64,000 nt of DNA from Kiritimatiellia bacterium (GTDB lineage Bacteria > Verrucomicrobiota > Kiritimatiellia > WLWN01). Below, piece by piece: positions 1 through 8,560 of this stretch. The first letter of the stretch is position 1, and each line of letters opens with the position of its first letter. Under the pieces are notes generated by a model. That model did no database searches. It had not been told where the DNA came from and was given only the letters and a program-made list of their open reading frames with translations. The position numbers and the translations under genes are program-made. Location: positions 1,564,176-1,628,175 of the forward strand of contig WLWN01000001.1 of assembly GCA_012103575.1 (NCBI GenBank), given 5' to 3'.

Positions 1-504
1 GAACCAAAACTGCCAGGCCAAGAAAAAAAGTTTCTCTCCACTCAACCCATAGAAATAAATACAGAAATGAAAAGGGACGAAATTATATCTTACTTAGAAC
101 AACTGCGTTCTGACCACCCCGTGGCGAACCTTTCCTTTTATGCTTACCGAGATCTCTCACGAACAGAATGGGCTCCGTTCATGAAAGCAGCGATAGAACG
201 GAACCCTGTTATCCTGGAAGCCACCAAAAAATATACCGACCATGAAATAATTGAACAGCTGGAGGCCATACCAAATGAGTCTATTTATGAAGGCTCACGT
301 CTTGCTCAACCAGATGAAGTATGGAATTTCCAACGTGGAGATGGACTTGAAAGGGCTATATGCCTCGCAACCATATGGAAAAACCGAAATCCGGATGCAA
401 CCATTAGGATAGAGGCCAAAGATCAAACGCTACATATCCACATTAACGATCAAAAATGGATCTGGAAAACAGACAAAAAAATAGAGGTATCGTTAGACAT
501 ATAA
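1..504 (+). CDS. hypothetical protein, C-terminal part (ORF runs off the left window edge)
   Basis: The frame of tracked ORF 67..504 stays open back to nt 1, so Met67 is probably internal. No family motif I can name confidently. Confidence 0.45.
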   Translation, partial: EPKLPGQEKKFLSTQPIEINTEMKRDEIISYLEQLRSDHPVANLSFYAYRDLSRTEWAPFMKAAIERNPVILEATKKYTDHEIIEQLEAIPNESIYEGSRLAQPDEVWNFQRGDGLERAICLATIWKNRNPDATIRIEAKDQTLHIHINDQKWIWKTDKKIEVSLDI

Positions 505-705
505 ACGGCTTTCCTTGAAACGTTTAGACCCTATCAGGATTCTCTTTCTTTTTATTATGCATGACCCAAGGTTCGGAGAATCCTGGGTCTGGAGTTTGGC
601 CCTTTGGGAGAGGATTACTTCTGAGTCCGCCGCGGTAGAAAGTGAGGGTCTTTCATCAGAAGCCAGGTTGATTTCCCCCTGAAAGTATTATAGGATCCAG
701 AATCT

Positions 706-2472
706 ATGAAACGTATCCGATCGATTTTTCTGTTTGTGTTATTAACAAACACATTTCTGACCCATGCCGAACAAGTCTTCCCGCCCCCTACATGGAAGGA
801 CCAACCGAATCCGCTGGCTAGTCCAGACGCAGAAATCGGAGGGGAAATTTCTATTTTTGTAGCGCAATACCCAAAAAGTTTTAATTACTACCTAGAAAAC
901 AACGTGTTTGCTTATCAGTTGTTTAGCTTAATGTTTTCGACTCTTCTTACCATTCACCCCCTCTCGCTAGAAAACGAACCCGGATTAGCCAAACAGTGGA
1001 CGATCTCGGATAATAAACGAACGTTCATTTTTGAACTAGACAACCGCGCTACATGGAGTGATGGAAAAGCGGTTACTCCAGAAGATGTTTTGTGGACCTA
1101 TAAAACGATTATGGACCCTAAAAATTTAACAGGACCTCACAAAGTCTCACTCGAACGATTTGAAACCCCGGAACTCGTAGCCAGCAATAAAATTAGCTTT
1201 ACGGCTAAAGAAGTTCATTGGAAAAACTTACTGGCATTGGGGTCGTTCTATATTTTACCTAAACACGCCTTTGAAAAAATTGATTTTAATAAAATCAATT
1301 TTGAATTTCCCGTTGTTTCCGGCCTTTACCAAATTCAGTCCATCCAAGAGGGTCAATCCGTGCAGTTAAAACGACGAGATGGTTGGTGGAATCGGACAGC
1401 AGAGCGATTTAAAGGGACGGGGAACTTTGCAACGCTTGATTTTCGATTTTATGCAGAACGCGAAAGCGCATATGAAGCATTCAAAAAAGGAAATATTGAT
1501 CTCCTTACTGTTTATACTTCACATCGTTGGGTACAACAGACCCAAGGGGAAAAGTTTGATAAGAACTGGATCGTTAAACAGGCCATATATAACTACGATC
1601 CGATTGGTTTTCAGGGTTTTGCCATGAATCTACGGCGCAAACCTTTCGACGACATCAACATTCGTAAAGCCCTTGCGCATCTTCTTGATCGGGAAAAGAT
1701 GAATGAAACGATCATGCATAACCAATATTTTTTACACCGATCCTATTACGAGGATCTTTATGGGAAAAAGATTTCTTGCCCAAATCCAATATTTAATTTT
1801 GACAAAGATAAGGCACGCCAACTTTTAAAGAAAGCCGGATGGGAAGCAAATCCTAAAACCGGGATTTTGGAAAAAGGTAAAAGACCATTTACCATCACAT
1901 TCCTAACCAGGAGCGCTACCGCAGAGAAATTCTTGGTCATCTATAAAGAAGACTTAAAAGACGTAGGCATCCAACTTGAAATCGATAAAAAGGATTGGGC
2001 AGCTTGGGCACGGGATATGGACGAATTCAACTACGACATGACCTGGGCCGCTTGGGGGGCTAGCCTGTGGAAAGACCCTGAAAGCATGTGGCACTCTAAA
2101 GAAGCCAATCGCCCTTCGGGTAGTAATATTACAGGATTTCAGGATCCACGTATCGACCAGCTCATCGAAAAACAAAAGGAGCTATTTGATATTGAACAAC
2201 GGCATGCCATTGTTCGAAAAATCGATCACCTCCTTACAAAACAAGTCCCTTATATTCTGCTCTGGGGTATTAATTACACTCGGCTATTGTCTTGGGATAA
2301 GTTTGGGACCCCCGACACAGTACTCAGTAAATATGGAAATGAAGGCAGTGCATACACCTACTGGTGGTTCGACCCCGATTCAGAGGCTGATTTAAAAGAA
2401 GCGATGAAAACGGATGCACCCCTCCCTTCCAAACCTTACAAAGTGGTTTTTGATAATGAGTTTGAAGAATAA
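706..2472 (+). CDS. yejA: ABC transporter substrate-binding protein, family 5 (YejA-like)
   Basis: 588 aa with a signal-like N-terminus (MKRIRSIFLFVLLTNTFLTHA). Colinear resemblance to YejA-type SBP_bac_5 proteins (..FRFYAERESAYEAFKKGNIDLL.., ..PFDDINIRKALAHLLDREKMN..). Ends 5 nt before the yejB-like permease. Confidence 0.8.
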   Translation: MKRIRSIFLFVLLTNTFLTHAEQVFPPPTWKDQPNPLASPDAEIGGEISIFVAQYPKSFNYYLENNVFAYQLFSLMFSTLLTIHPLSLENEPGLAKQWTISDNKRTFIFELDNRATWSDGKAVTPEDVLWTYKTIMDPKNLTGPHKVSLERFETPELVASNKISFTAKEVHWKNLLALGSFYILPKHAFEKIDFNKINFEFPVVSGLYQIQSIQEGQSVQLKRRDGWWNRTAERFKGTGNFATLDFRFYAERESAYEAFKKGNIDLLTVYTSHRWVQQTQGEKFDKNWIVKQAIYNYDPIGFQGFAMNLRRKPFDDINIRKALAHLLDREKMNETIMHNQYFLHRSYYEDLYGKKISCPNPIFNFDKDKARQLLKKAGWEANPKTGILEKGKRPFTITFLTRSATAEKFLVIYKEDLKDVGIQLEIDKKDWAAWARDMDEFNYDMTWAAWGASLWKDPESMWHSKEANRPSGSNITGFQDPRIDQLIEKQKELFDIEQRHAIVRKIDHLLTKQVPYILLWGINYTRLLSWDKFGTPDTVLSKYGNEGSAYTYWWFDPDSEADLKEAMKTDAPLPSKPYKVVFDNEFEE

Positions 2473-2477
2473 GCAGT

Positions 2478-3518
2478 ATGGATAGAATCAGTTATTTTAT
2501 ACGACGATTACTACTTGTTATTCCCACCTTTTTCGGCATTACGATTAGTTGTTTTGTCATCTGTCAATTTGTTCCAGGTGGACCTGTCGAACAATTTATG
2601 ATGAACATGCGAGGTATCGGCAGCGCTGAAGCAGGAAGTCGACTCCCCTCAGAATCTATTTCAGAGAAACAACGAGAAGCATTAGAGAAGCATTTTGGGT
2701 TCGATAAACCGATCCTTATCCGATATTGGAATTGGTTGGTACGAGATCGGATGGGCATGATGGTTGATTCTTATAAGTATACCCATAAAACGGTATGGGA
2801 ATTGATCAAGGAACGCTTCCCCATCTCACTCACCTTTGGGTTGGCAGGTTTTTTATTAACGTACCTCATTTGTATTCCTCTGGGTATTGCGAAAGCATTG
2901 CGAAACGGGAAACCTTTTGATGTCGTCTCCAGTATTATTGTGTTTATGGGATATGCCATACCTGCCTTTGCTTTTGGCATGCTACTGAAGATGGTTTTTT
3001 GTGGAACGTCAGAACAGTTTTTCGATATTTTCCCGCTTGGCGGGTTTCGGTCTGAGAACTTTGCATCGCTTTCGGTAACCCAAAAGATCCAGGACCAATT
3101 TATGCATATGTTTCTCCCAGTCCTGTGCTATGTAATCGGCAATTTCGCCGTACTAACTCTATTAATGAAAAATTCTCTTTTGGAACAAATAAACCAAGAT
3201 TATATCCGTACAGTACTCGCTAAAGGGGGTACGCTAAAGAGGGCTATATGGAGACACGCTTTTCGCAATGCACTCATCCCGATTGCTACAGGGTTTGGTA
3301 GTATTATGACATTTATGTTTTCCGGATCGGTATTAATCGAAAAAGTGTTTGATATCCACGGAATGGGACTGTTGAGTTTAGACGCCATTATCGACAGAGA
3401 TTATATGGTCTTTATGGGAATCCTCGCCCTTACTTCTATCCTAGGATTGATCGGGCGGATCTTATCAGATTTCTGTTATGTTTTGATCGATCCGCGCATT
3501 GATTTTGAGAAAGGATAA
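2478..3518 (+). CDS. yejB: ABC transporter permease (YejB-like, microcin C/oligopeptide type)
   Basis: 346 aa. N-terminal RRLLLVIPTFFGIT, FGFDKPILIRY, a permease core and C-terminal LIDPRIDFE, as in E. coli YejB. Confidence 0.85.
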   Translation: MDRISYFIRRLLLVIPTFFGITISCFVICQFVPGGPVEQFMMNMRGIGSAEAGSRLPSESISEKQREALEKHFGFDKPILIRYWNWLVRDRMGMMVDSYKYTHKTVWELIKERFPISLTFGLAGFLLTYLICIPLGIAKALRNGKPFDVVSSIIVFMGYAIPAFAFGMLLKMVFCGTSEQFFDIFPLGGFRSENFASLSVTQKIQDQFMHMFLPVLCYVIGNFAVLTLLMKNSLLEQINQDYIRTVLAKGGTLKRAIWRHAFRNALIPIATGFGSIMTFMFSGSVLIEKVFDIHGMGLLSLDAIIDRDYMVFMGILALTSILGLIGRILSDFCYVLIDPRIDFEKG

Positions 3519-3610
3519 TATTGGAGAACTGGAGTGATAGAGTAGATCTCTTTTGTAATCGGCAGTCTCTTGGAGCCCTTCCCCGCTATTAGGCAACTTC
3601 TAGACAAAGA

Positions 3611-3773
3611 CCTGGATCCGTCAGTTAAACGTGGGATTTCTGTGCGAATGCTTTGGAGGCAAAAGGTTGCAAAAAAACGCAGGCGCACCCGCTGAGTGCG
3701 TCGAGGCTTTTTTGTAATTCCTTTTGGCCCAAATGGTTCGTGCAGAAGACCGCGTTTAACTGACGGATCCAGG
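3611..3773 (+). mobile_element. MITE copy a (163 bp, nonautonomous)
   Basis: Perfect 21-bp TIRs CCTGGATCCGTCAGTTAAACG/CGTTTAACTGACGGATCCAGG. Flanked by the 5-bp direct repeat AAAGA (3606..3610 and 3774..3778). Near-identical copies lie at 30875 and 41474. Confidence 0.9.
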
Positions 3774-4032
3774 AAAGATGTTTACCGACTGCTTCTCCAA
3801 AACTTTCTAGCGTTGAGAGCCGAATATCTTCTGCATGATTCTCAATTCTAGAGATGGCAGATTTTTGGGTACATAACTTTTTTGCTACTTGTTCTTGAGT
3901 GAGCCCGGCCTCTTCACGGGCTTGTTTGAAAAGGACACCAATCTTGAATTGCTCGTATCCCTTGTCAAAGTTCTTTACAAACATTGGGCTCTCCTTTTTT
4001 CTCTGCTCAATATACTTATCCAGATCATCCAT
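3625..4032 (-). CDS. XRE-family HTH antitoxin (HigA-like) with a MITE-encoded C-terminal tail
   Basis: HTH core [39 protein letters not shown]. From ..GKHL onward the ORF reads into MITE a ([17 protein letters not shown]..). Removing the MITE plus one TSD restores an ORF ending ..GKHLCLEVA* at about 3589. Confidence 0.65.
   Translation of the reverse strand: MDDLDKYIEQRKKESPMFVKNFDKGYEQFKIGVLFKQAREEAGLTQEQVAKKLCTQKSAISRIENHAEDIRLSTLESFGEAVGKHLSWIRQLNAVFCTNHLGQKELQKSLDALSGCACVFLQPFASKAFAQKSHV
3671..3713. terminator. putative bidirectional intrinsic terminator in the MITE core
   Basis: An A7 run, then an imperfect GC-rich hairpin (GCAGGCGCAC-ccgctga-GTGCGTCGAGGC), then a T6 run. This reads as hairpin plus U-tract on both strands. 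Confidence 0.4.
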
Positions 4033-4038
4033 AGTCTT

Positions 4039-4191
4039 TCATCTCCTATTCGAGTAATCACGTTTACGCTTCTCCGCAAGCTTGATTTCTTAGGGTGGAG
4101 TTTTCTGGCTTTTCTTCTGAAACGAGCTGGTGAGTATAATCAACTCTCGCCCAGAAAAGAAACCAAACTTCATTAGCATATACGCCACGAC
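4039..4191 (-). pseudogene. RelE/HigB (Gp49-like) toxin remnant
   Basis: Minus-strand translation ..[50 protein letters not shown] matches the C-terminal half of Gp49/HigB-type toxins. It has an internal TAA, its 5' half is removed by IS30-A copy 1, and its stop lies 6 nt before the antitoxin ATG. Confidence 0.5.
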
Positions 4192-5244
4192 TCCATGGTT
4201 GCAGACTCAACTTACAAGTGCAAAACCGAAGCTGTCCATCATTTCTTTGCGCGTTCTATATTCTAAGCATTTTCTCGGTCTATTATTCAGTAACTCCACA
4301 GCCTATCTCAACTGAGCGGAGCTGTGGGCAGCAAAGCCGGTTTTCTTCGGGAAAAACTGGCGAAGCAAACCGTTCGTATTTTCGCTGCTCCCTCTTTGCC
4401 AAGGGTTTCTCCCTTCAGCAAAGAAAATGGGGGTTGCTATTTTTTTCTGTAGTTTAGCATGGCTGGCAAACTCCATGCCATTATCTACAGTCACCGTTTT
4501 ACAGGGGAGCCCTGAATCAGCGAACTGAGGTACGGAACGGTTGACCGATTCGGCATTGCATCGAGGTAAAAGATCGGCGATGAGATATCGAGTCGCTCGA
4601 TCTACTAGAGTGACTACACAGGCCTCTTTTCTCGTTTGGCCCTGAATAGTGTCACCTTCCCAATGGCCTGCCACCTTGCGACTTTCACCCTCTTCGGGGC
4701 GTTGGTCAATCATCGTTTGGTTGTGTATACGTGAATGGCTTTTCCGAGTCGCTCGTTTTTTCTTTCCGGGGCCACGCAGGTATTTTCAGTAGCCAGCCCC
4801 TCTTGGACTGTACAAGTAGCGGTAGATCGTCATTCGACTGATGGGAGGGTCACCTTCTAGCTTTCTTCGACCTTCAACCTGTTCTGGAGACCAATACTTC
4901 GCCAGGAGAGTCTCCACTTGTTCTTTGCTAGCTCCCATCACTTTTTGAGGCTTTCGAGCTAGCTGTAATCGGCTTTGAGCCAGGCCATTTGCGGGTCTTG
5001 GGTAATAGCGGCCACGGACTCGATTACGGCGAAATTCGCGCCAAATAGTCGAGGGGGATCGGCCCAGGCGACGGCCAATTTGAGATAAGCTATATTTTTC
5101 TTTTAGCATCTGGGCTATCACTTCTCGTTCATAACGGTTTAAATGTTCGTAGGTTCGTGGCATTCTATGTTCTCCTTTGGGGGGGGTCAGATACCCAAAG
5201 AATGAACTATGCTGCGGACCTTTGCACTTGTATTGTTACTCTAC
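4192..5244 (-). mobile_element. IS30-family element 'IS30-A', copy 1 (transposase inactivated by two nonsense codons)
   Basis: Colinear and in frame with the intact copy at 57827..58878. Stops are at 4786..4788 (CGA->TGA) and 4303..4305 (TGG->TAG). Left end GTAGAGTAACAATACAAGTGCAAA is at 5244. The right end is approximate. Confidence 0.85.
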
Positions 5245-5312
5245 TATTCATCAATAAAGACAAGGCGACTTGGATCAAGTCTGGCCACCTCTTAGATCCA
5301 CTGCTTTCTCAC
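5245..5312 (-). mobile_element. fragment of the IS630-type element
   Basis: About 65 bp matching 44222..44290 of the full element (..RKQWI.EVA.LDPSRLV.IDE.. region). It abuts the left end of IS30-A copy 1. Confidence 0.5.
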
Positions 5313-5689
5313 TAGTTGGGCTTGGTTGGCAAGGAGATTGAAGGTCATGGGGCTGATGAGCATTAGGGCGGCCAAGAGAGAGGCGGTGCAACGGAGGAGT
5401 AAAGAACTACGGCTTCGCGACCACGGTTTCACGACTATGGTTTCGCGACTACAAGAATTTTTTTCAGAAGAATGTGAAGATTTTTTAGCCACAAAAAGGC
5501 ACAAAAAACCACAAAGATAAGATTTTTGGGCCGGCAAGAGCCCTAAGATTATCGCGGGATGGAACCCCCTCCCACATTTCCCATATTCTCTCCTGCAGCA
5601 AATCATCGGGAGAAAGAAGGCTAAGAGGAAAAGGATGGGTAAGGACATGAAAAGGTAAAATAGTTCCACTTTGGTGGTCTTAGTGACCA

Positions 5690-6028
5690 ATAGATACCCG
5701 CATACCCATTGTAATGATAGCGTACCGGTATAGAGGCTATGGTGGTGGAGTTGCTTTCGGCCAGAAGTTGATCATTGTTATTATAGGTATAGGTCGTCTG
5801 GAGAATTTGCCCGTTCGCATTTACTGTGCGGCTTAGACGATTTCCCACCAGGTCATAGGTGTAATCTGTGGTATAATCACCTGTGGTTTCATTGGTTACA
5901 GACTCTTGCGTTAAGCGATTGAGGCTGTCATAGGTATAGCTTATGTGGTTTGTGTTCAGGGTTCCCAGAGGGTTCAGGGTTGTTTCTACCACGCCGGTCC
6001 GCCGGCCGTCAGGGGCCAAGGCATAGAC
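5690..6028 (-). pseudogene. RHS/YD-repeat protein fragment
   Basis: Contains ..YTYDSLNRLTQESVTNETTGDYTTDYTYDLVGNRLSRTVNANGQILQTTYTYNNNDQLL.. (YD repeats). Cut by IS30-B copy 1 at 6029, with no start and no C-terminal domain. Confidence 0.55.
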
Positions 6029-7250
6029 GGTGGATTGTAAAATTAAATGCCGCAAAAAATGGACCTGAGAGCTTCTGTTCATGCGGCGATCTCCAAATCG
6101 AAACACTCCTGTGCGGGTTTGTATTCTAGGATCTTGCGAGGATAGTTGTTAATCCATTTTTCAATCTCACCAATACGGTCGATGGTATATTTTCCGATGT
6201 TGTCTCCTTTGGCGACGAAACGACGAACCATACGGTTGGCATTTTCGTTGGAGCCTCGTTCCCAGGAAGAATACGGGTGAGCATAATAGAGTTTAACACG
6301 TCTCTTTTTGCTAAATCCGGAACGTTCCATCTGCTCCACGTCGAGAAACTCGCTCCCGTTATCGGCTGTAATCGACTTGAACATCGATCTGAATGGGCCA
6401 ACTCCCATCGATCTTTCGATCGCTTTGAGGGCCTGCAGAACCGATGCCTGTGTTTTATCCGAAAGTTTTCTCACCCTTAGCATTCGGGTCTTTCTTTCTA
6501 CTAACGTCATTAAAACCGGTTTTGAAGTTCCTTTTCCGCCGACGATCAAATCCAATTCCCAGTGCCCAAATTCCTCGCGTTTTTCTACGGTCTTAGGTCG
6601 TTTTTCGATACTGGTCCTTCGGGCATGTTGCTTTTTAACCCGCTTAATAGCACGTCTTTTTCGTTTTATCCGTTTTCGTTTTTCCCATAGGGACTCGTTG
6701 CTCACCCCCGGGATGAGACCTTGGTCAATATAGGTATACAGCGTTTTTGTACTCACCGCTGCAGGTCTCTGCTCTTGTTTAAGCAAAGGAGCAACCACAT
6801 CGGGTGAGCGTTTGTGAACAAGAATGTGCTCGCTGATAAACACGGCCGTTTCATGATGCTTTCCAAGCTTAAGCTCAGGTCCCTTGGCCGTCGCATTTAG
6901 ATCATGAAGTTCCTGGGCTCGATCACTGCTGTATGCTTTCTTCTTTCGCGGTTCTGTATCGAAATGCTCTACCTCCCCACGTTTAATTTCGCGCTCTATG
7001 GTTCGACGATGCCTTCTCAGATACTGGCTATCTCCAAAGGACGTCCTCGGTTTTTGAGCATTGTTTCAATCATGATCCGTTCTTTCTGTGTCAAATGCTT
7101 GCCTTTTCGGGGATGAATACTACTCTTGATTTGTTCCATGTCTTTCTCCTTTTTTTGTCTTCTGTCGAGTTTTCAAATCTAGAAGATTTCGGCATGGAAC
7201 ACTCCTGTTTTACAATATCTTCTTTTGGGCATTTAATATTACAATTCTCA
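6029..7250 (-). mobile_element. IS30-family element 'IS30-B', copy 1 (1222 bp, transposase frameshifted)
   Basis: DDE core GHWELDLIVG / ITADNGSEF / HPYSSWERGSNENANRMVRRF in ORF 6079..6843. The HTH N-terminus (ATG at 7139) is in another frame. IRs are TTGTAATATTAAATGCC/TTGTAAAATTAAATGCC. Inserted into an IS1380 copy. Confidence 0.85.
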
Positions 7251-7382
7251 GCCAGTCTTTATTTTATATTGTTTCATATACACACCTGTTGGGGTGGGGT
7301 TGTTTGTTTGAATACGGGTATGCTCCCCGCTTTAGCCCAACAGGTAATGAAAAATCGTCAGATTTTATCTGACGGATTCAGG
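7251..7382 (-). mobile_element. IS1380-family element, 132-bp right-end fragment
   Basis: Identical to the last ~132 bp of copy 25530..27189, including the first ~10 transposase codons and the IR ..CTGACGGATTCAGG. Truncated by IS30-B copy 1. Confidence 0.85.
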
Positions 7383-7480
7383 TAACCGCTTGACTCAATG
7401 TATTGAAAACAATAGTAGTGTTCATTATCATCTTTATGTAGCAATAGGGGGTAAAGATTAATCTTCGAAACAATATATCG

Positions 7481-8560
7481 GTGGAAAAAGTATGCCTGAA
7501 GCAAGGAGCTGTGTATCGCTTTACGATCTCTAAGCCTTTGAGTTTTAGTGCTATCATTTCCATCGATAATCTCGCGTTTCCCATATCCCTTGGTGGATCC
7601 CGTATATACTCGTACGCTTCCAAAGAAGAGGCGTATACAGATGCCACGAGATTGAGTAAGTCTATGTCCCTAAAAGCCGCTTGTGCAAAATTGCCTATAG
7701 GCGGTGCTAAAGGGGTCATTCTATGTGATCCCAAATATAAAAACAGAGAATTTTTAGAGGCGTACGCAACCTGCGTCCATTCTTTAGAAGGGAAGTTTTA
7801 CACGGGGGAAGACATCAATATGTCCCCGTCGGACGTGGACATGCTGCTAGAGTTCTCTCCCTACTTTTTGGGGGCGAGCAAGCAGCAATCAAGATATGGA
7901 ATGCCCGCCAAGGCGACCGCATTAGGGGTCGTTAGCGCTCTAAAGTCGGCGGTAAACAGCAAGCTGCAGAAAAATGACCTTAAAAGCCTAAAAGTTGCCA
8001 TCCAGGGACTGGGTTCGGTAGGTCTTCACTTGGCGAAACATCTAGCCCAAGCAGGGTGCCAGGTGTATGGCACGGATATAGATGTTTTTCGCGTTCAACA
8101 GGCCTTAAAGGAGGTTGAGATGACGATCGTGGGGCCCGATCAATGGTGTAGACTCGATGTGGATGTTCTCTCTCCCTGTGCCATAGGTGGTACGATCAAT
8201 AACCAAACGATTCCGCTCATGAAAGCCTCGATCATTGTCGGGTCTGCTAACAATCAACTAGAAAATGAAGTGAGAGATGCACGTTCTTTACACCAAAGAG
8301 ATATTTTATACTGTCCGGACTTTATTGCTAGTGCAGGCGGAATTATTAATGTATATGCCCAATTGACGGGATACGATCGGAGTGAGGTTATGAAGAAAAT
8401 TGATATGATTGGAGAAACCCTTCGAGACGTAGTCCATCGGACTAAACAAACAAAACGATCAATCATTGAGGTCGCCCAAAAGATGGCCCATGAATATAGT
8501 GAAAAAGCGTTGGAAGCAGGGATGTCTATCCCTGTAAGCAACCAGAAAGGAAATCTATGA
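7481..8560 (+). CDS. Glu/Leu/Phe/Val dehydrogenase family protein (leucine-dehydrogenase-like)
   Basis: 359 aa with a GTG start. Has the ..LGGSRIYSYASKEEAYTDATRLSKSMSLKAA..PIGGAKGVI.. catalytic-Lys region and the Rossmann motif VAIQGLGSVGLHLAKHL. Confidence 0.75.
   Translation: MEKVCLKQGAVYRFTISKPLSFSAIISIDNLAFPISLGGSRIYSYASKEEAYTDATRLSKSMSLKAACAKLPIGGAKGVILCDPKYKNREFLEAYATCVHSLEGKFYTGEDINMSPSDVDMLLEFSPYFLGASKQQSRYGMPAKATALGVVSALKSAVNSKLQKNDLKSLKVAIQGLGSVGLHLAKHLAQAGCQVYGTDIDVFRVQQALKEVEMTIVGPDQWCRLDVDVLSPCAIGGTINNQTIPLMKASIIVGSANNQLENEVRDARSLHQRDILYCPDFIASAGGIINVYAQLTGYDRSEVMKKIDMIGETLRDVVHRTKQTKRSIIEVAQKMAHEYSEKALEAGMSIPVSNQKGNL

Noticed and set aside
5292-5690. 132-aa ORF (and antisense 5326..5520) as a real gene
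   Set aside because: It spans an IS630 fragment, a short 14-nt tandem repeat (5416..5455) and a low-complexity 'CACAAAAAGGCACAAAAAACCACAAAG' motif. It has no recognisable domain and no start context. I treat it as junk between IS debris.
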